A stretch of DNA of 64,000 nt from positions 37,510,001-37,574,000 of the forward strand of contig OX597828.1 of the NCBI GenBank assembly GCA_951406725.2, given 5' to 3'. Below are positions 41,001 through 54,659 of the stretch, piece after piece. The stretch comes from Octopus vulgaris (Eukaryota). A program made the position numbers and the translations under genes. The notes beneath the pieces were generated by a model. That model was not told where the DNA came from. It searched no databases and worked only from the letters and a program-made list of their open reading frames with translations. The first letter of the stretch is position 1. Each line of letters begins with the position of its first letter.

Positions 41001-41820
41001 ATATACATGCATGTATATAATATAAATTTTATAGATACGTTAATGTATCTGTTTATCTATCTACTTATGTATCTGCATCTGTGTGTGTATGTGTGGGTAT
41101 CTGTACACTGTGTGCGTGTGTATATATGTGTATACAGAAAAACAAAAACAAAAAATGGAACAAAAATGTAATAGCCAACAACAAATCATCTAGACAATTA
41201 GACGATACTAAAAAGGACAGGAAAAAACGAGGACGGGTAATTAGGTGCTTTCCTTCGTCAGTCGATTACCAGATGGCCGTTGTAGTTTCGACCGGTTACA
41301 CTCCAATCTGGCCGTCCCCCAAAAAATCTAAGTTAAAAGAACTAGATTCTTTGGAAGAAAGCAAGTGAATGTATACGAAAACAAGGAAAAAAAACGGAGA
41401 AATAGTACACAAGTACAAATACAAAGAACAGGACATTAACAACAGGTGTCTTTCGACTAAAGATGAATTAAATTAAGCTGGCATGTGTGGAAGTGAAGCC
41501 TTACGGCAAGAACATAGGAGCTGAAAGTCAAGGGAAGGAATATAAGAGATGCTACACGGATGGTAGTTGAAGGAGAGGAGAGCGGTAGGGGCAGAGGGAT
41601 TAAAGAATTAAGGAGGTATGAGAAAGAGAGAAAAAGAAAGGAAAGGGATAGAGTTAGGTACATGCATACATACACACATACAAATATATGTGTACACACA
41701 CACACATACACACACGCACATACACACACACACATACGCGCACACATATATATGCGTATGAATGGATAAACATAAAAAGTAACTCAACACATTTGTTAGG
41801 AGTTGAATATTTTATTTAAT

Positions 41821-41986
41821 AACAGTTTGAATCAACTCCATTTGACTTAAAGTTTCGTAAGCTTGTAAGACGAACTTATATTGTTAGAGATCTATAAATG
41901 TAACTCTTCCTCTGTATGCCTGACGAGATAGCTTCGTTCCACGAGCCTGGGAAACTTTAAGTCACATGGAACTGAGTCAAACTGTT
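41821..41986. repeat. Old inverted duplication of a hammerhead-like segment
   Basis: The right arm reads CTGACGA..gcttcgt-tcc-acgagc..GAAA-ctt-t-aag-TC-acat; the left arm is its decayed reverse complement, clearest in the outer 36 bp. Confidence 0.6.
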
Positions 41987-43459
41987 TTAGATAACATATA
42001 AATAACCGACTCACCTGAAGACGAGCAGCTGAACAACTACTGTTGCATCATATTAATGCAATAATGTATATGATATGTGAAACACTTAGAAATTACCAGT
42101 TGATACTATGGAGTCGATTAGTTCGACTAAGCTCTTCAATGCGATGTTCCAGCATGGCCACAGTCCACTGATTAAAACAAGGAAAAGTCAAAAGGTAAAG
42201 AGTATATTGTTTGATAATGGTAGGACAATGAAGCGAGGAAGTGAATCAATGTCTCCGTTTTCAAATTATAATTGGAAGTTAAAGTATATTAAGGAACGAG
42301 TTCGCAGATTTGGTTATGAAGATGCGACGTAGTGTGGATGTAACGGTCAATTGAATCAGCCCTCGTAGTTTACTGGTTATTTATCTTATCGATCCTTAAT
42401 AAAGAAAGGTACCAACAAGGACTGATCTTTGAACAGAATAGAAAAAAAAAAAAAACAGCCGGCAGTCGTAAGTGACTATGATCCGGCGGAGTAGCTATGT
42501 TTCGTAAATTGCTGTATTAGCGTATGTGGTGGCGAGAACACAGAGATATTTGCTTGGCCCTTCCGTTCTTGAACTCGAGAAACATCCATGATGTGAAAAA
42601 TAGTGGCAGAAAGAGCTGTACAGGTACTGAAATGGTACTAATTTACAAACAAGTACACTAGAGCAACGTATAATGGTTTATATTGCTTAAGCACACAAAT
42701 CACAGCTCAGTCCAGGAATCGAAGTTGACCTAACGACTGTGAGACCAACACTTACATACTTGGCTATGCATCGTCCAGAATTCAGGAGAAAGAAGTAATT
42801 TTAACACCACGAAACGTTTTCTCAACTGCTCAACCGGTTCTGCCCTCCATATCATCTTTTATCATTGTATCTTTCTTTTCTGTGCGTAAGATGTCAGACG
42901 TTGATTAGCTACGCTGTCGATATGCGAATATTGTAGCTTGGTTGGAATTTCTCGTTTAAGCAAATTAAAACATTCCCGCTGTTGGGCTGTTAACCTGAAA
43001 ACAAGGAGCAAAGTGAGAAAGCCTCTACACGATCGCCTGATCAGCTAGATTTGCAACTAAATCACATTGTGTCCATATTCGACTGCAAATGAAACGATGT
43101 AAGTGAAAGTACATGAGACGGTATTGTTTTGGGCCCAATGAGCTAGGGAGAGAGAACAAAAAAGATAGAAGCTACACGTCTGGAACACATGTGAGTAAAG
43201 GGCTCAGTAAGCTGATCGTAGATCCACTCATTGGTTTAGTATAAATCTTATTATTAAGGAGTTAAACACGAGCACGAACATTACAAAAAGAGTGTTATAC
43301 AGGACGAAGTAACGAGGGGCAGCCTCTACGCAGTCGTATGAGCGCGAGAAATAGATACCAAATCTTGTTCAGCTCTCACTGCCAGATAAACAAATGAATG
43401 ACGTATTGCTTATTGTCTTCGTGTTCTTTTATTATTTTATTCACAGGTGGCACACGCAA

Positions 43460-43581
43460 GATGGCGTGGTTGAGAAAATTTGTAACTACGTAGTTTCGGG
43501 TTCAAATGTCTTCTACTACTACCCTAGAGCGCCTTGTAAGTGAATTTGGTAGACAGAAACTGAAAGAAGCCCGATATGTGT

Positions 43582-43634
<53 letters not shown>

Positions 43635-43818
43635 GGTGTGCGCGCGTATGTCTTTGTGTTTGTTCCCAACAGCACTTCACAACCGTAATCTAGCGGTCTC
43701 AAAGATTAAATACCAGGTCTAAAAAAATTATAAGTACACGGATTGATCTATACCACTAAAACCCTTCAAGGTGGTGCTCCAGCATGGTCGCAGTCCACTG
43801 AGTGAAACAAGTAAAAGA
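43460..43818 (+). mobile_element. Degenerate SINE family B
   Basis: ccttgtaagtgaatttggtagac..aaactgaaagaagccc, (TG)n, ggtgctccagcatgg. Confidence 0.8.
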
Positions 43819-44803
43819 CGAACGATAGCAAAAGGAAGAAAAGAAAATAGCGGACCGGCCATGTTTGAACCATGTTTGCATCATACGTATGTCCTTTTAG
43901 AGATGACCTGCACGTCAACATCAACAACAACTACAACAATAACACCAACAACAACAACAAGGAAAATAAAGTCACATGACAACTCATTTTACCAGTTGGT
44001 AATCTTTTAAACATGGCGTGTACTATGACAAAAACCAGCATGATGTTTCGCTGAGATCTTGCTGTAAATTTATACACACTATCAATCAATTATAGCTAAC
44101 ATGAAGTGAAATTACATAGCTGTTTCTTATTCACAACACTCTCTCATCCTTCTAGAAACATTAACGGAGATATGAACGGACGAAACTTCGCAGAAGCCAT
44201 CCGCAATCCTCATAAATTTCAGACTCTTCAGCTCTCAACAAACAAGCAACAAGAAGAGAGAACAAGGCTGGAGATTCCATGGTAACGTCTTAGCTGTTAC
44301 AAAGTAGAAATTTCCTACTGACTCACTAAACTGACCTAGAAACATCATTAGCTTTCAACAAGCATTTGCTATTTACTGTTTCTCATGAATTTATAATGTT
44401 TGTGTAAATCGCTGAAGTAACACCTTAATAAAATGATTTAGACACACGAAAAGAAAGCGGATCTGAGATGTACTGGCATCTACAAGGAGCAAAGAAAAGA
44501 TTCAAGTTATGAAGAAAAGTAAAGAAATATCTTTGCCTATTTTCCCTCTAAATCCCTCAATCCTTCTCCCTCTCTCTCTGTGTCTCACACTCTCTCTGTG
44601 TCTCACACTCTCTCTGTGTCTCACACTCTCTCTCTCTCTATTTGACTGCGGCTATGCTGGAGCACTGCATTTACTCGAAAAACGTACTCTTTGTAAGCCT
44701 AGTACTTATTCTATCGATGTCTTTTGTCGAACCGCTAGCATACGGGAAAGTAAACAAACAAACATCAGTTGTCAAACGATAGTGGTAGGACAAACACAGA
44801 CAC

Positions 44804-44840
<37 letters not shown>

Positions 44841-44849
44841 CATACATAC

Positions 44850-44887
<38 letters not shown>

Positions 44888-45072
44888 GTATGTATGTATG
44901 TATGTATGTATGTATGTATGTATGTATGTATGTATGTATGTATGTATGTACGTATACACACACACACATATTTATCACAATATCGACCAGCCATCGGATA
45001 TTTTATACATCGCTGGTCACAATGCCGGTCTTCATAATGCTGTAGCTTGGCTTGCCCACGCAGGGGGCCAAG

Positions 45073-45162
<90 letters not shown>

Positions 45163-45169
45163 ATATAAA

Positions 45170-45400
45170 TAAGGATCCCATCACCTTTAAACGGAGTCTG
45201 GACAAATTACTTCAAGGAATACCAGATAAGCCACCCATACCTGGATACAACTCACTCAACAAGAACGTACTAATTGAATGGACCATAATACCACAAAACT
45301 TGACTTAAAAAGGATTTAGATAATCCTATCAGGTGGTGCTATTAAGTTAGACATGGCCTGGACCAATCTTGGCTCGAAACATATCTAATTTATCTAAGTT
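45170..45400 (+). mobile_element. CR1/L2-group LINE 3' end
   Basis: [27 protein letters not shown] plus the 3' UTR shared with 7372-7900; 5'-truncated at a TA-rich tract. Confidence 0.85.
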
Positions 45401-45705
45401 GAATCATAAAAGCATGAATATATTAGTAGCGCTTTCCGTTGTGTATTACATTGATATGAATATGTGTGTGTGTGTATGTATGACAGGCTTCATCACAGTT
45501 TCCGTTTCCAAGATATATAGTTATTAAGCAATGATCGAGCCGAAGCTATGGTTGAAGATTATTGCCGACATTAGAATAACCTACGTAATCAGGGAAACGT
45601 CGAAGACACTGCCTATAAATGATAACAAGAACGGCAAAATACATGGCCACAGTCAAATGACTGAAATAAGAAAGAGAATTAAAGAATAAAAGAATAAAGG
45701 AATAA

Positions 45706-45788
<83 letters not shown>

Positions 45789-45853
45789 TACACACACACA
45801 TATATACATAAACACATATACATAAATACATAAATACATGCATATATACATAG

Positions 45854-45951
<98 letters not shown>

Positions 45952-46064
45952 ATGTATACATATATATATATGTCCAAACCTGTATACATATATGCAGATG
46001 CACGCATTCGCACGTATTCATACCGACAAATGCACTACCGCGTATCGAAAGAGATACGTACGTG

Positions 46065-46169
<105 letters not shown>

Positions 46170-46474
46170 GTCGCTATGAATCCAATGAACCCGACGAATA
46201 GAGAATAGAGCATGCTTGGCCATCAGTGTTTTAATAATGCACATTCATGATTGAATCCATTGTTTGTAATAAGCGGCTCCAAAAGATGCAACGTCAGGAT
46301 CAGTTATAAGAAAAGGTGACCGGTTGCATAGCTGGATGACCTCTCGGAATACAAAGGAGAAAACGTAAAGTGCAGAGGAGGGGGAGAGAAAGAGGGAGAA
46401 CGAGAACGAGTGAGAGGAAATTAGAATTGATTATTTGCAAGACGACTTTGAGACGTCAGCTTTGAATACATGCA

Positions 46475-46529
<55 letters not shown>

Positions 46530-46549
46530 ACACACACATATATATATAT

Positions 46550-46586
<37 letters not shown>

Positions 46587-46596
46587 TGTATGTATG

Positions 46597-46680
<84 letters not shown>

Positions 46681-46696
46681 TGTATGTATGTATGTA

Positions 46697-46888
46697 TGAA
46701 AAGTTCCTGGTTTCAAGGGTGTCGCGAAAGGACTGGCTGGAGGCCCAGCTTTCCGTGTTCTTTTACAAGGGTTGGTTGGAAAATCTGAAGGGGCGCTACA
46801 ATAAGTGTGTGAATGCATTGAATAAAATCATAATTAACTGATCCTTATGTATTTCGTTTACCCAAAGCCAAGAACTTTTCAGCAACCA
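46697..46888. mobile_element. Mariner-derived MITE
   Basis: Inverted termini gaaaagttcctggttt / aaagccaagaacttttc; the interior resembles a transposase C-terminus ([18 protein letters not shown]). Confidence 0.75.
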
Positions 46889-46907
46889 CTGGTGTGTATG
46901 CTTATAT

Positions 46908-47560
46908 ATACAGAGTGCCTAAGATATTTGAGAACAGATTTATGTTTATAAAAATACCAGATATATAATAATAGATAATAACTTTATTTTTCAAAAAATT
47001 CTATGAGGATAAACCTTCTTTTCTATAAAGTTATTCAATTAAGCCACCTTCAGCTTTAGCAACTGCTTCTTTATGAGATCTAAATCATCTACATGCTCGA
47101 ATCAAGTGGTCCTGGTTCATTTTGGACATTACTCTGACTATGGCAGCTTTCAAAAGATCTTTGGTGTTATGGGCGTGTTCAGTGACCTCTCTCTCTCTCT
47201 CTCAACAACGCTCCATATGTAATAGACCTGAGGAATTAGTAGGCCAAATGTTAGGGGTTATCTAATCATGAAAATTTTCAGCCAACCGTTCCTGTGTTAC
47301 TAGAGCCATGTGTGATAGTGCAGAGTCTTACTGAGACACATATGACCTTCCATTGCATACACTGTCTATCCAAGGCTTAAGAACTATTTCCAGGACCTCA
47401 TTGTAGGCGGCAGAGATAACTCTAAGCCCTTGTGGAAAGAAGTAGGGAGGCATCATATACCTTCCATTACTGGCAACCCCTAAAATTATGACAGCTGTAG
47501 GAAATTTTGTACGCATAGCCCTTGGAAGGGTCTGCACATAACCATCTGTCATTTCTTCTG
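46908..47560 (-). pseudogene. Decayed Tc1/mariner-superfamily transposase (probably maT/DD37D-like), 3' half
   Basis: RTKFPTAVIILGVASNG..MPPYFFPQGLRV..YNEVLE..KPWI..YVSQ*DSA.SH..IWP fragments. Confidence 0.8.
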
Positions 47561-47713
47561 TTAACTTTTTGATCTTCCTCGAAGCTTTCCTCGTTTGAGA
47601 AAAACCAAATCAAATATTCTTCTGCTGGATTTTTCAGTTTGTCTAAGAGCCTTTTTGCTCTGATGCAGTGATTGTATGCATATATACAAATGTGTGTGTG
47701 TTTGTATGTGTGT

Positions 47714-47784
<71 letters not shown>

Positions 47785-48434
47785 CTATTTTAATTCTGTA
47801 ACCATGTAAAATGTAGATTAAAACTGAACAGGCGTAAATCAAAGAAAACTAACTTCCCGAGACCCAGTTTGAAGTGTAAGACTTAAGCGATCAACTACAT
47901 CGTTTATTAACAAAAGCTTTCGGAATGGACGATCCAATTATATCAGTGGCTTTATTAACTTTCTTATCTTCCCTTTGACCTGGTTTTACGTGTGACCTAT
48001 TTAAATTCTGCCATTTCCGTGTTATTTACTTCCGCTTCCGTTTAAATGTTTAATCGAAGATCAATGTGTCGCAAATCAATATCTACTTACTTCTACTCCT
48101 ACAAAGTACAACCTGGCTATAACAAGCCATCTTTATGTTATTGTTCTCGTCGGTAGTTTTGTTGTTGTTTTTGCTGTTGTTGCCTCAAACTAGCCTTGAT
48201 TGAGCAGATCTCCGGTGAAACAAGTTTCAGTCGCAACTGTCATGTCTATCATTAAAGCAGTTTATTCCTGGACCCCACTATCCAATGTCTCTCATCCACC
48301 ACCGTTATACGTACAAAATACATCACCATCTTAACCAGACAACCGGATTTTGTTATACATCGCTGAACAAAACGCGTTTCGCATCATTTTAGCTTTCGAT
48401 TAACGCTACCCAGTTGGATATATATATATATATT

Positions 48435-48701
48435 ATTTTACTCTTTTACTCTTTTACTTGTTTTAGCCATTTGACTGCTGCCATGCTGGAGCACCGCCTT
48501 TAGTCGAGCAAATCGACCCCAGGACTTATTCTTTGTAAGCCTAGTACTTATTCTATCGGTCTCTCTTTTGCCGAACCGCTAAGTCACGGGGACGTAAACG
48601 CACCAACATCGGTTGTCAAGCGATGTTGGGGGGGACAAACAGGCACAAACATATATACACACATACATATACATATATATATACATATATACGACGGGCT
48701 T
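48435..48701 (-). mobile_element. SINE family B, 3' half
   Basis: Close match to the family B tail seen at 50750-50933 and 53045-53273. Confidence 0.85.
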
Positions 48702-48873
48702 AAAATGTACTCTTCTAAAAAGCATTTAATAATTCTTTAGTTTGATGCTAATTTATTAACAGATATACGACATGCCATAAATTGAAACTAAAAAAATATA
48801 TAAATATACATGCATGTGTATAGAAAGAGATATTTATATATATAACGTATATATATATAAATACATAAGCATC

Positions 48874-48911
<38 letters not shown>

Positions 48912-48912
48912 A

Positions 48913-48946
<34 letters not shown>

Positions 48947-49186
48947 ATACAGGCATACATATGTACATACATATATTAACACACACACACACAAACACAC
49001 GCACACACACACACACCTATATATGGCGATAGAGAGACAATACACGCTAACGTGAATACATGTATGTACACATAAACGTAAACACACATACGCACATGTA
49101 TACGTATATATACATGTGCATTAATACGTATATACACATTTGTCTGTATATATGTGTATGTATGGTGTTTTGTATGCGAGCGTGTA

Positions 49187-49267
<81 letters not shown>

Positions 49268-49296
49268 ATACAATATGTTACATTACTCGGTAGTCA

Positions 49297-49359
49297 AGAT
49301 AAAACTCTGAGTTTCAGATGCCGAAGTGGAAATCCACAACACCATCTCTTCGGTTATCT
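49297..49359 (-). ncRNA. Hammerhead motif, inverted copy (core CCGAAGA)
   Basis: Reverse complement of 50282-50344. Confidence 0.7.
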
Positions 49360-49707
49360 GGCTATTTGAAAACGTTATGAAAAAATACCGTTAAAAATGA
49401 AGGGAAATTACTCTGTTATAACTCTGCTTTGCCTGCGTACTTATACATCGCTCGCATTTTTCGTCATAAAAATTATATAAAAATACATAAAAATATATAA
49501 AAATATATAAAATCTTCTTGGGACATAACACAGAAAGCATGTTCTATCCGTTTTCTTTAGGGGACCAAAAACGTAACAGAAATTTAGTCACATGTAAACT
49601 CTACCGTAAACTCTATAACCACTAAAGTACGCAGGCAAAGCAGAGTTATAACAGAGTAATTTCCCTTCATTTTTAACGGTATTTTTTCATAACGTTTTCA
49701 AATAGCC

Positions 49708-49770
49708 AGATAACCGAAGAGATGGTGTTGTGGATTTCCACTTCGGCATGTGAAACTCAGAGTTTTATCT
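49708..49770 (+). ncRNA. Hammerhead motif, first direct copy
   Basis: agataa-CCGAAGA-gatg..catgt-GAAA-ctc-a-gag-TT-ttatct (one stem II substitution relative to the other two copies). Confidence 0.65.
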
Positions 49771-50281
49771 TGACTACCGAGTAATGTAACATATTGTATA
49801 GATAAATTTCCTCTATTTACATAATATTGAGGTCTCTTTCTTTCTTTTGTTATCTTACCGTTTTATCAATAAATCACCTCCCGGACGACGTTATTCTCAA
49901 CTAAGAGCTAATACGACCTTTTTGGGATTATCGCCTAACATCGGTTGAGGACTCTCACAAACAAAAGAATCTAATATGGACGCATATCACATAGATTATT
50001 CTATGAAAAAGGGTCTTTAGTGGTTATAGAGTTTACGGTAGAGGTTACATGTGACTAAATTTCTGTTACGTTTTTGGTCCCCTAAAGAAAACGGATAGAA
50101 CATGCTTTCTGTGTTATGTCCCAAGAAGATTTTATATATTTTATATATTTTTATGTATTTTTATATAATTTTTATGACGAAAAATGCGAGCGATGTATAA
50201 GTACGCAGGCAAAGCAGAGTTATAACAGAGTAATTTCCCTTCATTTTTAACGGTATTTTTTCATAACGTTTTCAAATAGCC

Positions 50282-50344
50282 AGATAACCGAAGAGATGGT
50301 GTTGTGGATTTCCACTTCGGCATCTGAAACTCAGAGTTTTATCT
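50282..50344 (+). ncRNA. Hammerhead motif, second direct copy
   Basis: agataa-CCGAAGA-gatg..catc-t-GAAA-ctc-a-gag-TT-ttatct; 6-bp perfect stem I. Confidence 0.7.
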
Positions 50345-50440
50345 TGACTACCGAGTAATGTAACATATTGTATTGATAAATTTCCTCTATTTACATAATA
50401 TTGAGGTCTCTTTCTTTCTTTTGTTATCTTACCGTTTTAT

Positions 50441-50475
<35 letters not shown>

Positions 50476-50480
50476 TATAA

Positions 50481-50648
50481 GCGCAGGCGTTACTGTGTGG
50501 TAAGAAGCTTGCTTCGCAATCACATGGTTCCGAGTTCAGCACACTGCGTAGCATCTTGGGCTAGTATCTAGCCTCGGGCCCACCAAAGCCTTGTGAGTGG
50601 ATTTGCTACACGCAAACTAAATGAAGACCATCGTGTGTATATATATAC

Positions 50649-50697
<49 letters not shown>

Positions 50698-50929
50698 TAT
50701 ATATAAATATATATATACATATATACTTATGTATGCATTTGTATGTCTGTGTTTGTCCCCCCACCATCGCCTAACAACCAATGTCGGTGTGATTACGTCC
50801 CAGTAAATTAGCGGTTCGGCAAAAGAGAACGATAGACCAAGTAGTAGGCTTACAAAAATAAGTTCTGGGGTCGATTTCTTTTTCGAACAAAGGCGGTGCT
50901 TCAGCATTACCGCAGTCAAACGAAACAAG

Positions 50930-50933
<4 letters not shown>
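50481..50933 (+). mobile_element. Full-length SINE family B with internal (TA)n
   Basis: tRNA-like head (ctgtgtggtaagaagcttgcttc..gagttcag), internal microsatellite and tail cgcagtcaaa..aacaagtaaa. Confidence 0.88.
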
Positions 50934-50976
<43 letters not shown>

Positions 50977-52059
50977 GCACATTCATAATATCCCATATCT
51001 ACACACATAGAATCGGATACATGCCAGATGTTGAACTTGTTGCATCACTGAATGGTTTTGCCACTTCTTCACTTTCACTTTCCTCTACACTTCTCTTTCG
51101 CCATCGCCGTCATCATCTCGTGGTTTCACTTCCTCTCCTCACCCTCCTCTTGCTCCATCGCCATCATCGCCTTCGTCAAGTCTCTTCACCATCTGCCACT
51201 TTCCTCTCTATATCGGTTGCAGCGCTTTATATTATTGGTATTGGGAACGATTACATACAAATCCGTAAACAAACAGTCTGTAGAGCAGTCAATTAAACAA
51301 CAACATTTTATATAGATTGAGAGTTTGAGAGGGAGGGTGGGGAGGGGATGAGGTGAAATGGGGATCGGATGGGGGTAAGAAAGGACGGTGTGGGGCGGGA
51401 ATAAATATTCATGTACATACGAGTAAGGTAAAGATTTTCAATGCCATTCAGTGTTAGAGCATGTATGCGCTTGCGTATTGTATGTATGCATGTATGCATG
51501 AATGTATGTATGTATGCATGTATGCATGTATGTACGTATGTATGTATTATGCATGTATGTATGTATGCATGCTGCATGCATGTATGTATGTATGTATGGA
51601 TGTATGTATGTATGTATGCATGCATGTATGTATGCCTGTATGTATGTATGTATGTATGTATGTATGTATGTATGTGTGTGTGTATGTATGTATGTATGTG
51701 TGCATCTGTGTAAATGTATATGTGTGTATGCGTGTATGTGTATATGAATATATGTCTACGTATGCATATACGTATGTATGTATACGTATATATGTTTGTA
51801 TGCTTGTGTATCTATCTGTGCATGTATGTGTTTATACGTGTTTGCATATATGCATGTGTGTTTGTTTGCATATATCTATATATGCGTACGTGCGTACCTG
51901 TGTGTCTGTGTGCGTGTGAACGTCAAGGTGTGCATGCGTGTGTATGCGTGTATGCATATTGATAGATAAATTGACATATATACATTGAAATATCAATACA
52001 TCGATAGACAGACAAGCTGACAGGCAAACAAACAGACAAACAGACATACAGACAGACAC

Positions 52060-52370
<311 letters not shown>

Positions 52371-52660
52371 TTAAATATTTAAATAATTATACTAGTGTCG
52401 GCTTAGTACTTTCATGTACTTCTAACATTATTATTTTCAGATTGCTATATCTTCTAAAAGTACAGAGGACTGCGAGACTGTACTGAAAGAAGCGACTTGT
52501 TGAATAATGGCAGATTAAATTTAAACTATATTAATAATTAAATCAAACGAAACTGCACTTACAGAGAATTAAAACCTGCTCCGTAATGTTTGAATAATCT
52601 AGAAAAGGCTTAATGTTCATTTGCAATGTCTAATCACATTCATACACATTCAGAAAGACG

Positions 52661-52703
<43 letters not shown>

Positions 52704-52991
52704 GCATATGTACATATGCATAATACACACACGCATATATATGTATATATATACACACACATGTATACGTATATGTATATATATATGTGTGTGTGTACAT
52801 ATACATATACACACATATATACACATGAATAATAAATAATATAGTATATATATATATATATATATACATACATATGTATGTATGTGTGTGTTTGTGCCTG
52901 TACCTACAAATAGGCGTATACACGTGCAACACTTTTATTTATATCTTCTATAAACTGAACATCTGCATATAAGTGAGTGCTCAATATGTAC

Positions 52992-53044
<53 letters not shown>

Positions 53045-53072
<28 letters not shown>

Positions 53073-53273
53073 TGTGTCTGTTTGTCTCCCCAGCATCGCT
53101 TGACAACCGATGCTGGTGTGTTTACGTCCCCGTAACTTAGCACTTCGGCAAAAGAGACCGATAGAATAAGTACAAGGCTTACAAAGAATAAGCTCTGGGG
53201 TCGATTCGCTCGACTATAAAAGCCGGTGCTACTGCATGGCCGCAGTCAAATGACTGAAACATGTAAAAGAGTA
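53045..53273 (+). mobile_element. SINE family B, 3' half
   Basis: catcgcttgacaaccgatgctgg..gaataagtac..catggccgcagtcaaatgactgaaac. Confidence 0.85.
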
Positions 53274-53825
53274 TACAAACAAATATATCACGTGGTGTAT
53301 GTGTGTGTATGTGTGTGTGCAGAAAGGGTGAAAGCGAGTGACAGGGAAAGAGAGAGGGAGAGAGAGAGGGAGGGGAGAGGGAGAGAGAGAGAGAGAGAGG
53401 CGGAGGCTGAGACAGAGACAGACAGAGACATAGTCAGAGAGTAACAGATAGCGAAAGATGGTAGCAACAACGCTGGAGAAGAAGATACGGTGATATGATA
53501 TCCATCTGGCCCGCAAGGCGGAATTTGCTTCAGTGTGTTTAATTAAAAAGTAGAGTAATTACTAAAGAATGTTTGCCTCGGTTTCCAGCAAAACTTGTCG
53601 TAAAATAGGAATCTGTTGAGGAGCGGATGATAGAATTTTTTAATTGATCGCTGAATCTGCTAAAAATAGTAGCTAATGAGGGCCTCTCTAAGTTAGAATC
53701 TGGTTAAAATTGGGAGCGAAATATCACACGGAACATGTTTGTTAAAATACATTGCCTTAATTTCTGTGATATCTTGAAAATGGATTATTTAGTAAAATTA
53801 TTTTTCTCTTTAAGCTGATATTTAA

Positions 53826-54280
53826 GGGGGTGAGCTGGCAGAATCGTTAGAATGCCGGACGAAATGTCGTTTAGCAGCTTGTCCGGCAACGACATTTCGT
53901 CCGTTGCTATGTTCCCAGTTCAGATTACACCGTGGTCGACTTTACATTTCATCCTTTTAGGATCAATAAAATAAATACCAGTTGAGTACTGGGGTCGATG
54001 TAATCGATCTAACCCCTACTCCGAAATTACTGGCCTTGTGCCAAAATCTGAAACCATTATTAAGTCGATACTTATGGCGGTGAGTTGGCTGCCGGACAAA
54101 ATGCTTAACGGCATTTCGACCGTCTTTATAGTTTGAGTTCAATTTCGGTTGCGGTCGACTTTACATTTATCCTTTCGGTGTCGATAAAATAAGTACCAGC
54201 TGTGTACTGGGGTCGACGTAATCGACCCCCCCCCCGCTATCCCGAAATTGCTGGCATTGTGCCTTAATTGGAAACTATTA
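53826..54280 (+). mobile_element. Two head-to-tail family A SINEs
   Basis: Heads at ~53826 and ~54076; a similar ttaagNNgatattta-like sequence lies before, between and after them. Confidence 0.85.
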
Positions 54281-54659
54281 TTAAGTTCGTATTTAAAGAA
54301 GAATCGTCAGTCTACGTCGGAGAAAATGCTTACCATTTATTTACATACGACGAGGTTTTTTTTTTTTTTATTTCCAGTTATCAAAACATCTATAGCAGAA
54401 GTCACTGATCCAAGGTACCACACAATGGGACTGAACCCAGAATCATGTGGTTGGGAAGGACACTTGTGTCTATGCTTGGGAAAGAAAAATCCAGGATGGT
54501 CACAGCTTGGACGCCTTTGATTGTAAGTTTTTTCGATCAGAGATAAGCCATGAGATTAAATGAGAGCAGAAATGGATTCGTGTTTATACAACACATAAAT
54601 GTTGTTTCATTTTTATGTTAAGAATTGTTAGAGTTTTGGCAAAATTGGACAGAATGCCT

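Larger units (their letters stand above)
49263..50444 (+). mobile_element. Young ORF-less Penelope-type/retrozyme-like element: inverted 5' segment plus partial tandem repeat, three hammerheads
   Basis: 49627-49870 repeats at 50201-50444 (period 574); 49263-49627 is the reverse complement of ~50015-50378; (TA)n lies on both sides; only a few mismatches. Confidence 0.88.

Noticed and set aside
48020-48045. Tandem CGGAAG (ETS-like) motif; also a YY1-like motif near 26670 and GC boxes near 11270-11310
   Set aside because: Short motifs like these are expected by chance, with no supporting gene structure.
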